64,000 bases of DNA from Candidatus Iainarchaeum sp. (GTDB taxonomy: Archaea > Iainarchaeota > Iainarchaeia > Iainarchaeales > UBA10219), in contig JAGVWE010000006.1 in the NCBI GenBank assembly GCA_018304425.1, positions 67,175 to 131,174 of the forward strand. Reading direction: 5' to 3'. The translations under genes and the position numbers were made by a program. Position 1 is the stretch's first letter; every line of letters begins with the position of its first letter. Below the pieces are notes generated by a model. The model made no database searches, was not told the origin of the DNA, and saw only the letters and a program-made list of their open reading frames with translations. This document shows, in pieces, positions 7,247 through 16,216 of this stretch.

Positions 7247-9097
7247 ATGAACACCCTCGCCAGTGCCAGTCCACCCCGCTTAAGTGGAGAGTCGCTTGCC
7301 TTTGTCGGGCTTGCGGTTTACGCGCTCCAGTCTTTTCTTGGCAACGCGGAGTTGCTGGAGGGCGCGCAGGCCCTGCTATTCTCCGTTGCCGCGGTAGGCG
7401 GGCTTTGGCTGGCTTATTCCTGGCATTTAAGGGCCTGCTTTGGCTTGAGTTGGGGAAAGGCCTTGGCCTTGGATGCGCGGTCTTTCGCGCCCCTGCTAGT
7501 GCTGGGGTTGTCGCATTTCATGGACGCGTTCAAGGACGTGCAGGCCATCAATGGGGTGGATGCAGCCGGCATGGCTTCCAAACTCTTCCTCAAACTCCTA
7601 CTGGCGTTCGCGCTTTCAGCCATGGCCGTTGTCAAGGTGCACGACTTCCCGGGAAAGGTGGGGCTGAGGTTCAACCCCCGGAAACTCGTGGTGGGCGGGG
7701 CACTCGCTTATTTCCTGGTCTTCTTCGGGTTGTCCGTGCTGGAATACTATTCGTTCCGCATCCCCTACCCTGACCTTACTTACTACGAGCAAAGCCTTTG
7801 GACCACGCTGCACGGGAGGTTCTTGGAGAGCAGCCCGAGCGCCTTCAACTTCCTGGGCAACCACACCTCCTTCAACCTCTTGTTGTTGCTGCCGTTTTAC
7901 GCGGTCTACCGAAACTCGTTGACGCTGCTCGCCTTCCAAAACCTTTTCCTGGCCTCGGGTGCCCTCGCCGTTTACCTCTTGGCGAAAAAAATCGTTGGCA
8001 ACCGGAAAACCGCGGCCCTGCTGGGCCTCGCCTACTTGTTGTACCCGGCTACCCAGTTCTTTTCCACCCACGAATTCCACCCCGTGGCCCTGGCGGTTCC
8101 GGCCTCGCTGTTCGCCTTCTATTACCTGGTCAGCCGGCGCATGAAGCGGTTCTGGCTGTTTTTCCTGCTGGGCTTGATTTCCAAGGAAACCGTGGCCCTT
8201 ACCTATGGCTTCCTGGGGCTCTATGCCATGATTATATTGAGGCGGCCGAGGCTGGGGGCGCTGGTTGCGGGGATTTCCGCGGCCTGGTTCGTGCTGGCCA
8301 TCCTGGTCATCATCCCCTACTTCCGGGGCACGCCCTACGCCTACCTGGGGGGCCCGGAAAACTTTTACCCGGACTTCGGGGGCACGCCCTCCGAAATCGT
8401 GGTCAAGATAATTTCCGACCCGCTGCACACGGTTTCCTACATGGTGAACGCGAAGAACCTGGGCTGGCTGGCCCTGCTCTTGTTGCCCCTGGCCTTCCTT
8501 CCCCTGGCCGGCATCGAAGCCCTCCTGATTGCGTCGCCCGCGTTTTTGCAGAACCTGCTGGCCAGGTATTATGCGACGAGCACGATTTACTTCCAGTACA
8601 ATGACCTGGTCATTCCCTTCGCGTTCGTGGCCGCGGTGTACGGGTTCAAGCGGGTCTCGGCTTGGCTGGGTGACCCGAGAAAAGTGCAGGCCCTCACCGC
8701 GTTCCTGGTAAGCGCGGCCGTGCTGTCCAACGTGTTCTTCTCGCCTTCGCCGCTCACCCTGCTGGACCCCCTGCCCACCCAAGGAGGCTTTAGCTTCGAG
8801 CGTTACACGCCAACGGAAACCGATTGGGAGCTGCATCGCGTGATTGAAACCATGATTCCGGAAGGAGCCGCCGTGACCGTGAACTCGCCGCAACTCATCG
8901 CGCCCCTCAACGACCGGTTCTACGTCAAGCCCTTCCTGCAGGTGGAGGGTGCGGAGTACGTGCTGGTGGACTTGGGACGAATGGGCGTGGGCGCAAGCCT
9001 TGAAGAACAGGAAACCCTAGTCAAGGAATTGGCCGAGAAAGAGGGTTTGGAGACGGTTTACGCGAACGGCCGGGTTCTGTTGATGAAACGGCCCTAA
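7247..9097 (+). CDS. large polytopic membrane protein (DUF2079-like; candidate GT-C type glycosyltransferase/polymerase)
   Basis: 616 aa, >10 predicted TM helices, soluble C-terminal ~150 aa; sits among glycan genes. Confidence 0.55.
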   Translation: MNTLASASPPRLSGESLAFVGLAVYALQSFLGNAELLEGAQALLFSVAAVGGLWLAYSWHLRACFGLSWGKALALDARSFAPLLVLGLSHFMDAFKDVQAINGVDAAGMASKLFLKLLLAFALSAMAVVKVHDFPGKVGLRFNPRKLVVGGALAYFLVFFGLSVLEYYSFRIPYPDLTYYEQSLWTTLHGRFLESSPSAFNFLGNHTSFNLLLLLPFYAVYRNSLTLLAFQNLFLASGALAVYLLAKKIVGNRKTAALLGLAYLLYPATQFFSTHEFHPVALAVPASLFAFYYLVSRRMKRFWLFFLLGLISKETVALTYGFLGLYAMIILRRPRLGALVAGISAAWFVLAILVIIPYFRGTPYAYLGGPENFYPDFGGTPSEIVVKIISDPLHTVSYMVNAKNLGWLALLLLPLAFLPLAGIEALLIASPAFLQNLLARYYATSTIYFQYNDLVIPFAFVAAVYGFKRVSAWLGDPRKVQALTAFLVSAAVLSNVFFSPSPLTLLDPLPTQGGFSFERYTPTETDWELHRVIETMIPEGAAVTVNSPQLIAPLNDRFYVKPFLQVEGAEYVLVDLGRMGVGASLEEQETLVKELAEKEGLETVYANGRVLLMKRP

Positions 9098-9840
9098 TGG
9101 TAGAGCCCGCGCAGGTCGTTGAGTTTTATCCGAAGCAGGTCCACGAGCATCTGGGGCGGCACCCGCCAGAGGTTGACCTTGCTATCGCCGACGTTGCTCC
9201 ACTGCACGGGGAGCTCGCGGGTTTTCAGGCCGAGCCGCTTGGCGATGAAAACGATTTCGGCGTCAAAGCAGAAGCCATGCACGGTCTGCCTTGAAAATAT
9301 TTTTTTGGCGGCCGAAGCCGTGAACAACTTGAAGCCGCACTGCGTGTCCTGGACCTGGACGTCGTTGAACAACAGGAGGCCGCAGAGGAAGCGGAAGAGT
9401 TGACGGAGCACGCGGCGCAGGAACGGCTGCCGGGCGAGAATCCGCGCGCCCCCGATGTCCCGGGAGCCGATGAGGACGTCGAAGTCCTTGGCGAGCGGCA
9501 GGAACTCGTCCAGGCCCTCGATGGGCGCGGACAAGTCAACGTCCGAGAACAAGACCAGGCTTCCCCTCGCTTCGCGCATGCCGTGCCGCACCGAATAGCC
9601 CTTGCCCTGGTTGGAGCCGTTGGAGAGCAGCCGGGTGCCTGGATGCCGCCGCGCGAATTCGTTGACCCGGCGCGGGCTGTCATCCGTGGAACCATCGTCC
9701 ACGAGGAGGAGCTCGTAGTCGAAGCCCTTCCGGCCACAGTAAGCGGTGATTTTTTCAAGGCAGGCCTGGATGCGGCTGGCCTCGTTGTACATGGGCACGA
9801 CGATGGAGAGGAAGGGTTGGGCACCGGCTTTGGAGGCCAT
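9094..9840 (-). CDS. family 2 glycosyltransferase (DPM/DPG synthase-like)
   Basis: LSIVVPMYNEASRI...LLVDDGSTDDS...DVDLSAPI. Confidence 0.8.
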   Translation of the reverse strand: MASKAGAQPFLSIVVPMYNEASRIQACLEKITAYCGRKGFDYELLLVDDGSTDDSPRRVNEFARRHPGTRLLSNGSNQGKGYSVRHGMREARGSLVLFSDVDLSAPIEGLDEFLPLAKDFDVLIGSRDIGGARILARQPFLRRVLRQLFRFLCGLLLFNDVQVQDTQCGFKLFTASAAKKIFSRQTVHGFCFDAEIVFIAKRLGLKTRELPVQWSNVGDSKVNLWRVPPQMLVDLLRIKLNDLRGLYH

Positions 9841-9927
9841 AAGGGTTAAAAGGCCTCAAACATTTAAAAAACAAGGCAGGGCCCTGTTTTAGTAAAAGCC
9901 GGAGTAGAAGCCGGCAAGCGGGCGTTT

Positions 9928-10881
9928 ATGGCGGAAAAAATCGGGACCAGCATCCTCATCCCCTTCCAGGAAATGAATGACCTGGTTCAGGAGTCCGTGG
10001 AAGGATGCAAGGCGTTGCCTGGCAGGGGCCATGAAATCATTTTGTTGCCGGACGCGGAAATCGCGTTCGTGGCCGGCGTGAAGACGATGGTCACGGGCAG
10101 GGTCCGGCCCTCGGCGAAAAGAAACCAGGGGTTCAAGGCCGCGAAGGGAAAGTTCATTGCCTTGATTGACTCGGACGCCTTTCCCAGGAAGGACTGGCTC
10201 GCGAACGCGTTGAAATACTTTGATGACCCGAGAGTGGGCGCGGTCGGCGGCCCCAACCTGACCCCTCCAGGCGATTCGTTCGAGCAGAAAATGGGCGGCC
10301 TGCTCCTGGCTTCACCGCTCGTCGCCGGACCGCATGCGGTCAAGTACCGGGTGGAAAAAATGCATGAATGCGTGGACATGCCGTCCTGCAACCTGGTCCT
10401 GCGAAGGGAGTTGCTGGAAAAAATCGGGGGGTTTGACGAAACCATGCTGACCGGTGAGGACGCGAAGGCCTGTCACCTCATCCGCGGCCTTGGAAGGAAA
10501 GTGCTGTACGCCCCGGACGTCATCGTGTTCCACCACCGGCGCAAACTCTTCGCGCCCCACCTGAAGCAGATGATGAATTATGGCCGGGATAGGGGCATAC
10601 TCATCCGCACCGGCAACTCGGGCGGCTATTCCCTGGTCAGTTTCGCGCCCGCAGCCCTGGTGGTTTTCTCGCTGGCCAGCGTGCCCGCGGCGTTCTTTTG
10701 GGGGCCGCACCCGGTCCTTTGGCCGCTCGGCCTCTACCTGGCGGCCCTCGCGGCCTGGGCCCTGGCCAAGAGCCCCGTAAACTCGGCGCATCTGTTCCTG
10801 GGCGGGGTTTTGACGCATTACGCGTTCGGCATAGGCTTTATTAAAGGGTTTTTGCATCCAACCCATAAGGGGAGCTTCTGA
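9928..10881 (+). CDS. family 2 glycosyltransferase with C-terminal TM helices
   Basis: GT-A core (IALIDSDAFP...) plus hydrophobic C-terminus. Confidence 0.7.
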   Translation: MAEKIGTSILIPFQEMNDLVQESVEGCKALPGRGHEIILLPDAEIAFVAGVKTMVTGRVRPSAKRNQGFKAAKGKFIALIDSDAFPRKDWLANALKYFDDPRVGAVGGPNLTPPGDSFEQKMGGLLLASPLVAGPHAVKYRVEKMHECVDMPSCNLVLRRELLEKIGGFDETMLTGEDAKACHLIRGLGRKVLYAPDVIVFHHRRKLFAPHLKQMMNYGRDRGILIRTGNSGGYSLVSFAPAALVVFSLASVPAAFFWGPHPVLWPLGLYLAALAAWALAKSPVNSAHLFLGGVLTHYAFGIGFIKGFLHPTHKGSF

Positions 10882-12011
10882 TGGCTGCGAGCGTGCTGGA
10901 CTACGCCAGCGACGTGAAAAAGATTTTCTTCAACAAAGGCGCGCTGCCCACCCAGCTCATTTACTACGTCACCAACCGCTGCAACGCGAAGTGCCACCAC
11001 TGCTTTTTCTGGGACGAGCTGAACGTGCCGATGAACGAGCTCACGCTCGATGAAATCCGGCAAATCACGAAGACCCTGGACTCCCTGTCCTTCCTCATCA
11101 TGACGGGAGGAGAACCCTTCATGCGCAAGGACATCGCCGAACTCGCGAAGGCCTTTTACGACAACTGCGGGGTCCGGAACATCGTCATCCCCAGCAATGG
11201 CATCCTCAAAAACCAGACCCTGGAAGCAGTAAAGAAAATGTCCGGGTATTGCCCGAACGCGCACCTCGTGGTCAACATCTCCTTCGACGGACTGCGCGAG
11301 CAGCACGACTACAACCGGGGCGTGCCCTGCTTCGACAAGGCCTGGGACACCCTCAAGGCATTGAAAGAACTCAAGAAAACGCACCCCAACCTGAATGTGG
11401 GCACCATCATCACGTACACGGCCTTCAACCAGCACAACATCAAGGAAGTCTACGAGTTCATCCGCGATAACATGCAGCCGGACTCCATAACCATGAACTT
11501 CGTGCGCGGCAAGCCGAAGAACCCGGACACCAAGAACGTGAACGTCGAAAACTTCGAGGGCGTCAGCCGGGAAATCGAGGAGGATTTGCTCACCGGCAAG
11601 CTGGAGGGCTTCAACAACTTCCCGTTGGCGGACGTGAGCCGCGTGACCAACATCCTCATCCGCGAGCATGTGGCGCGCACCGTGCGGGAAAACCGGGAAC
11701 TGATGCCCTGCCTGGCCGGCACCCTCAGCGGCGTGCTTTACTCAAATGGAGATGTTTTCCCCTGCGAGCTCCTGGACCGGAAAATCGGCAACATACGGGA
11801 TTTTGGCTTCGACTTCCGGAAGCTATGGGAAACCGAGCGCGCGCGGAAGACCCGGGACTTCATCAAGGACACGAAGTGCTTCTGCACCCACGAGTGCTTC
11901 TATTACACGAACATGCTCATGAACCCCTTGAACCTGCCCAAGGTCGCGGCCAAGATAGCGAAACTCAAGGTCAACCGCGCGCTCCACAAACTCAAACAGG
12001 GGGCACAGTAA
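10881..12011 (+). CDS. radical SAM protein with C-terminal SPASM/twitch-like Cys cluster
   Basis: CNAKCHHC (CxxxCxxC) near N-terminus; C-terminal CLAGT...C...CFCTHEC cysteine motifs. Confidence 0.8.
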   Translation: MAASVLDYASDVKKIFFNKGALPTQLIYYVTNRCNAKCHHCFFWDELNVPMNELTLDEIRQITKTLDSLSFLIMTGGEPFMRKDIAELAKAFYDNCGVRNIVIPSNGILKNQTLEAVKKMSGYCPNAHLVVNISFDGLREQHDYNRGVPCFDKAWDTLKALKELKKTHPNLNVGTIITYTAFNQHNIKEVYEFIRDNMQPDSITMNFVRGKPKNPDTKNVNVENFEGVSREIEEDLLTGKLEGFNNFPLADVSRVTNILIREHVARTVRENRELMPCLAGTLSGVLYSNGDVFPCELLDRKIGNIRDFGFDFRKLWETERARKTRDFIKDTKCFCTHECFYYTNMLMNPLNLPKVAAKIAKLKVNRALHKLKQGAQ

Positions 12012-12024
12012 CCCCGGGGGCGAT

Positions 12025-12684
12025 TCACTGCCTCTTTTTCTGCAGAATATAATAGGTTTCCCGGCCAAACAATATTTTAACAAAATTCGGCAAAAGGGCT
12101 TCCAAGGCCGGAATAACGCACTTTCCCTTGATTGGGATAACCGTGAAAAACACTTCTGCGCCGCTCATCTTCACAACTTTGAAGCGGTTGTCAAACAGCA
12201 TGGCAAAACTCGTGAACGGGTTTGCATAGGTTTTCTGCCTTGGCAAGGGCTCGCCCTTGAAACTGTAATGATTTAACGCAATCAGGATAAACCGGTGGAG
12301 GCTTGCAATCGACAAAAGGTTTGGCAAGGTAAAGCATAGGAAGCCGCCTTTTTTTGTGACGCGAAGTACTTCTCCGAATCCCTTGGGGTAGTTTGCATAT
12401 TCCAGCGCGCCAATTACAAAAACGCTGTCAAAGCTTTCTTCCTTGAGTGGAGTGTCATCTATGGAAGCGCACACAAGGTGCCTGCATGGATTTGCTCTCA
12501 AATAACCAAGGTCGATGTCTAGGCCGAACGAATCAAGCCCCAGCAGCCGCTGGAATATACCGTTGCCGCATCCCAGTTCCAAATTCTTTTTTCCTTTGAA
12601 AGGCAGAAAAAAATCCCTCTCAAATGTTGGCGCCCTCACAAAATACTCTGATTTTTCAACCATGTTGGCATGCCCCGTGTTCAA
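12025..12684 (-). CDS. class I SAM-dependent methyltransferase
   Basis: LELGCGNGIF motif I; markedly lower GC than flanks. Confidence 0.7.
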   Translation of the reverse strand: MNTGHANMVEKSEYFVRAPTFERDFFLPFKGKKNLELGCGNGIFQRLLGLDSFGLDIDLGYLRANPCRHLVCASIDDTPLKEESFDSVFVIGALEYANYPKGFGEVLRVTKKGGFLCFTLPNLLSIASLHRFILIALNHYSFKGEPLPRQKTYANPFTSFAMLFDNRFKVVKMSGAEVFFTVIPIKGKCVIPALEALLPNFVKILFGRETYYILQKKRQ

Positions 12685-12770
12685 AACTTGAAAATATTTC
12701 TTGTTGTGTGTGTGCGAGAAGACCCAGTACTTTAGTGCTGAGGTAAAATTCCAGCCTTAAAGCAAGGGAG

Positions 12771-13022
12771 ATGCCAAAAATCTCTTACCAACAGTTTATA
12801 TTAGTTTTGCATGATATACTTGGCATTGGGAATCCAATGCACTCGAATAATTTGAAAACTTGGGTTGTGCTGCTTTCATTTTCTTTCTTCCTTTTTAACA
12901 ATTTACCCAATGTTGCCGCGGTTTTTTCTCACTATCAAACGATTGACTTGAGTACAACCGCGTTGAGCGGCAATGTTACCACAGACTATGTTGCCACTAT
13001 TCAGATTCCCTCAAGTACTTGA
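12771..13022 (+). CDS. N-terminal signal/TM segment, possibly the frameshifted 5' part of the following Cys-rich protein
   Basis: 83 aa with hydrophobic WVVLLSFSFFLFNNLPNVAAV; ends 4 nt inside the next ORF in another frame. Confidence 0.3.
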   Translation: MPKISYQQFILVLHDILGIGNPMHSNNLKTWVVLLSFSFFLFNNLPNVAAVFSHYQTIDLSTTALSGNVTTDYVATIQIPSST

Positions 13023-13984
13023 GTGTTCCCGCCGAAATTTCCGCTCAACAAGCCTTTGAAGCCGGCGCCACCGAGATCCCAGTCAACCCCAACAAACCCC
13101 AAATACTGTCAGTGGACGCCGGCCTCCAAATAGCATTAACCAGCCAAACGAATACGACTGCCAGGGTCCTCCAAGCAGAAAAACTGAATACAGCCTCCAC
13201 CGGAATGGATGCCGTGCCCCCCGAATTACACTTTTTGACCGGATACGAGATTCAAATCGAGGGAGAAGTACAACCCACTATTACCATCAGTTATGACGAA
13301 GCCCAGGTCAAAGTCAACGAAAAAACTATCAAGCCCTTCAAATTCAAGGACGGTTCCTGGCAGGAGCTACCGGGATTTGTTTTGAACCACATCACGAATT
13401 CAGTGACGTTCACGGTCAACACGGCCGAGACGCCCTATGCTTTGTTGGATGACTCTGGTGCAACGCCTTCCTGTGCAAACATGGCCTGCGACGACGGCAA
13501 CGAGTGCACGGCCGACGGCTGCTTCGAAGGCCAATGCGTGACCGGGCCGCTCCCAAACGGGATTGCCTGCAGCACGGGCATATGCAAGGAAGGTACCTGT
13601 ACGGCCCAACCCCAGCAACCCCCAAAAGAAGAAGCAAAAACCACGACAGAAGAAACTCAGCCAGCCGAACAAGCAATGGAAACCCCTGAACCCACCAAGC
13701 AACTCGAACCCACACAAGAACCCTGCGGCGGCCTCTCCTGCAACGACAACAACCCCTGCACCATCGACTTATGCAAAGACAACGCTTGCGCGTACGCAGC
13801 AGCCATTGACGGAACGACGTGTGCAAACGATGCCAGCTGCCAAGGAGGAATATGCCTCAAAGTGGTTGGCGCCGAGGCCCCCGCTCCGGTCCAGGACCTC
13901 TTTGCGTTGCCCCTGGTCATTGTCCTCGTAATCATCGGGGCCATCATCGTCACCCTGCAAATAGTTTTCCTGCTGAAAAAATAG
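13019..13984 (+). CDS. secreted cysteine-rich repeat protein with C-terminal TM anchor
   Basis: Two CxDxNxCTxDxC-type Cys-rich modules, Pro/Thr/Glu-rich linker, C-terminal LPLVIVLVIIGAIIVTLQIVFLLKK; TTG start, true N-terminus uncertain. Confidence 0.5.
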   Translation: MSVPAEISAQQAFEAGATEIPVNPNKPQILSVDAGLQIALTSQTNTTARVLQAEKLNTASTGMDAVPPELHFLTGYEIQIEGEVQPTITISYDEAQVKVNEKTIKPFKFKDGSWQELPGFVLNHITNSVTFTVNTAETPYALLDDSGATPSCANMACDDGNECTADGCFEGQCVTGPLPNGIACSTGICKEGTCTAQPQQPPKEEAKTTTEETQPAEQAMETPEPTKQLEPTQEPCGGLSCNDNNPCTIDLCKDNACAYAAAIDGTTCANDASCQGGICLKVVGAEAPAPVQDLFALPLVIVLVIIGAIIVTLQIVFLLKK

Positions 13985-14123
13985 TGCGGAGACGGTTGAC
14001 ATTCGTCTCACCCATTAGGGTGGAGATTCCCTGTATGCGGGGAAAACCACGCCGTAGCGCGTGCGCCGATTCTACGCCATGACCCCACAGCATGCTACAA
14101 GGGCTCGTATTGCCAACAAGGAG

Positions 14124-14163
14124 ATAGATTTAAATATATCTATGGACATAGATATATCTATGG
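14124..14163. promoter_or_regulatory. TATA box flanked by inverted repeat plus a 14-bp perfect palindrome; candidate promoter/operator of the 14182 HTH gene
   Basis: atagat-tttaaatat-atctat (14124-14143) and perfect palindrome atagatatatctat (14148-14161); 12-bp direct repeat atatatctatgg at 14134-14145 and 14152-14163. Confidence 0.55.
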
Positions 14164-14181
14164 TTGTAGATAGGTGGTAGC

Positions 14182-14712
14182 ATGGTGAATCTGGCCGCGC
14201 CCAAAACCCTGGAATTCATCGAGTTCATCCTCGAACAGAAGACCTTTACCCAGTACCGGGCCAAGAAGGAGTTGGGGCTGTCCATGGCCTTGGTCAATCA
14301 GGTCACGCGTTACCTGCTTGCCCGGAACCTCATCACCCGGCAAAAAAGCGAGCGCCAATACGCCTTGCGGGACGCCGCCGGCCTCATCACTTCTATCTCG
14401 TTGTTCCGGAACATGCAGGACATTCAACTGCTCGAAGTAGGCGCCTCGCTGGAAAAAGAGGAAGCCATGAAACTGTTTTCGCCTGACACCGTTTTCTGCC
14501 TGGACACGGCGCTAGCCAATTACACGAACTGGTGGCGTTCGAACCGCGTCTGCGCCTACATAGACCCCATCAACTTGGAGGGCCTGCAAATCCGGTTCGC
14601 CTTCAGCCCCGGCGACACCACCCTCGCAGATCAACGCCGCCGAACCCCTGTTCAAAAAACTCTGGGGGCAAGACATTGCCAAACATTGAAGAACTCTACG
14701 CCAAAGAACTGA
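14182..14712 (+). CDS. AbiEi-like wHTH antitoxin/regulator
   Basis: N-terminal HTH-like region; C-terminal LDTALANYT segment; followed by an overlapping nucleotidyltransferase-fold gene. Confidence 0.4.
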   Translation: MVNLAAPKTLEFIEFILEQKTFTQYRAKKELGLSMALVNQVTRYLLARNLITRQKSERQYALRDAAGLITSISLFRNMQDIQLLEVGASLEKEEAMKLFSPDTVFCLDTALANYTNWWRSNRVCAYIDPINLEGLQIRFAFSPGDTTLADQRRRTPVQKTLGARHCQTLKNSTPKN

Positions 14713-15389
14713 CCGACCTGTCGTTGGCTGAGCTCAAGAAGTTCTTGGCCTGGTGCAAGGCCCGGCCCGGCAAACTCATTCCCGTGGTCGGCGGCTGGGC
14801 AGTCTACGCTTACGTCCCCCAAATCGGCTCCATCGACATCGACGTCGTCCTGACAAAGCAGGACGAAGCACCAACAAGGGGCTTCCTGGAAGAAAACGGT
14901 TACAAGCCCAAGGAAGACGAACCAACTGTCTACCTCCAGGAAATCGGCAAAATAACCCTGCGCTTCGACTTGATCCCCTATGACAGCGAATGCCAAGCCC
15001 GCGGCATCCAGATACCCTGGAACCTCCTCGACCAGCACTCGGCCGAAGTCGTCTTCCAAGGCCAAAAAATGCGCGTCCCCACAAAAGAACTCCTCCTCAT
15101 CCAAAAAGTCACCGCCTACCGAAGCCGAGAAGACATGGCCAGGGTAGGCCATATACGGTTCCCCAACGGTGAAAAGAGCTACCTGGAAAACAAGATAGCC
15201 AAAGACAAGAAAGACATCAAAAACCTCATCGACTCCGGGGCAAACTTCGGAAAAACGTACGAAATAGTCGACAAATTGGGCTTCAGAACAGTCTTCGACG
15301 ACGCCCTAAAAGAACTCGGCATCATCCAAACAAGAAGCAAAACCATTGCAATGAACGCCCACATAGTTAAAGAAGAAAAAAAGCCGTAA
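14676..15389 (+). CDS. minimal nucleotidyltransferase-fold protein (possible AbiEii-like/MNT toxin)
   Basis: GGWAVYAY...GSIDIDVV (G-[GS]...D.D NTase motif); probable TTG start at 14676 (ORF opens at 14532 in junk sequence overlapping upstream gene). Confidence 0.45.
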   Translation: MPNIEELYAKELTDLSLAELKKFLAWCKARPGKLIPVVGGWAVYAYVPQIGSIDIDVVLTKQDEAPTRGFLEENGYKPKEDEPTVYLQEIGKITLRFDLIPYDSECQARGIQIPWNLLDQHSAEVVFQGQKMRVPTKELLLIQKVTAYRSREDMARVGHIRFPNGEKSYLENKIAKDKKDIKNLIDSGANFGKTYEIVDKLGFRTVFDDALKELGIIQTRSKTIAMNAHIVKEEKKP

Positions 15390-15415
15390 TGGCTAGCACC
15401 AAACAGGGCAACTAA

Positions 15416-16216
15416 CTAGGGTTTCCTGGCTTCCACGAGGAGGCCCACGCTGGTTTTCGAGTTCCGGAACAGGGCTTCGTCCAAGGCCACGAGCCTGCCG
15501 ACCCACCGCACCAGGAAGTTGTCGGGAATGGCCTTGGGCCGGATGAAAGCCGTTCCTCCCCCTCTTCCCTGGTTGGAGGCATCGGGTTTGACGAGGAACT
15601 GGAAGAGGCTGGAGAGATAGTTCTCGCAGAGCCCGGCCAGGAAACGGGTGAGCCGCTTCCTCTTCTCGACGACGAAGCCGGCCACGGCCAGTTTGTTCCA
15701 CAGCTCTTCCTCCGAGTAGAGGCGCAAGTGGCCGAAGCCCCACATGCCGATGGGGAGATGCAAGCCGAAGACGCCGAGCAAGGCGTTGACGGGGTCATAG
15801 GTGAAGGGAAACCGCTGATGGGGCACTGAAACAATCAACTGGCCGCCCGGGCGAAGCAAGCCATAGATTTCGGCGAGCACGCTTTCGTCGCCGGGAACGT
15901 GTTCTAGGGTCTCCAAGCAGAGGGCCACGTCAAAGGACCGGGGCTGCAAGGGCAGCCGCGTGACGTCCCCCACCAGCAGGCACTGGTTGCCGGCCTTCAG
16001 CCGCTGGCCGCAGGCGATGTCGGGCTTGCACAAGTCAACACCCACCACGGCCTTGAAGCGGGGCGCGAGCAGGCCCCCGATTTCGCCGGCGCTGCAGCCA
16101 ATGTCCGCCAACCGCTCGCCGCCCCGGACAAGGCCCAGAACGGCTTTCACGCGGGCATGATACGTCGGGGCCAGGAATTTCAGGTTCACGTCAGTTCCTC
16201 CTCCTTTCTCCCTCAT
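15416..16216 (-). CDS. class I SAM-dependent methyltransferase
   Basis: LADIGCSAGEIGG motif I, ...LRPGGQLIV motif. Confidence 0.75.
   Translation of the reverse strand: MREKGGGTDVNLKFLAPTYHARVKAVLGLVRGGERLADIGCSAGEIGGLLAPRFKAVVGVDLCKPDIACGQRLKAGNQCLLVGDVTRLPLQPRSFDVALCLETLEHVPGDESVLAEIYGLLRPGGQLIVSVPHQRFPFTYDPVNALLGVFGLHLPIGMWGFGHLRLYSEEELWNKLAVAGFVVEKRKRLTRFLAGLCENYLSSLFQFLVKPDASNQGRGGGTAFIRPKAIPDNFLVRWVGRLVALDEALFRNSKTSVGLLVEARKP

Noticed and set aside
13989-14011. Hairpin gagacg-gttgacatt-cgtctc just after the stop of the Cys-rich protein gene, and a GC-rich hairpin near 62833-62858 after the protease gene
   Set aside because: These could be terminators, but archaeal termination usually relies on oligo-T tracts rather than hairpins, and no adjacent T-run is evident. 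Too weak to call.
14532-14675. Possible frameshift fusing the 14182 HTH gene with the downstream nucleotidyltransferase
   Set aside because: A TTG at 14676 gives a clean independent start for the second gene. The overlapping region of the second ORF translates to junk, so two overlapping genes are more parsimonious than a fusion.
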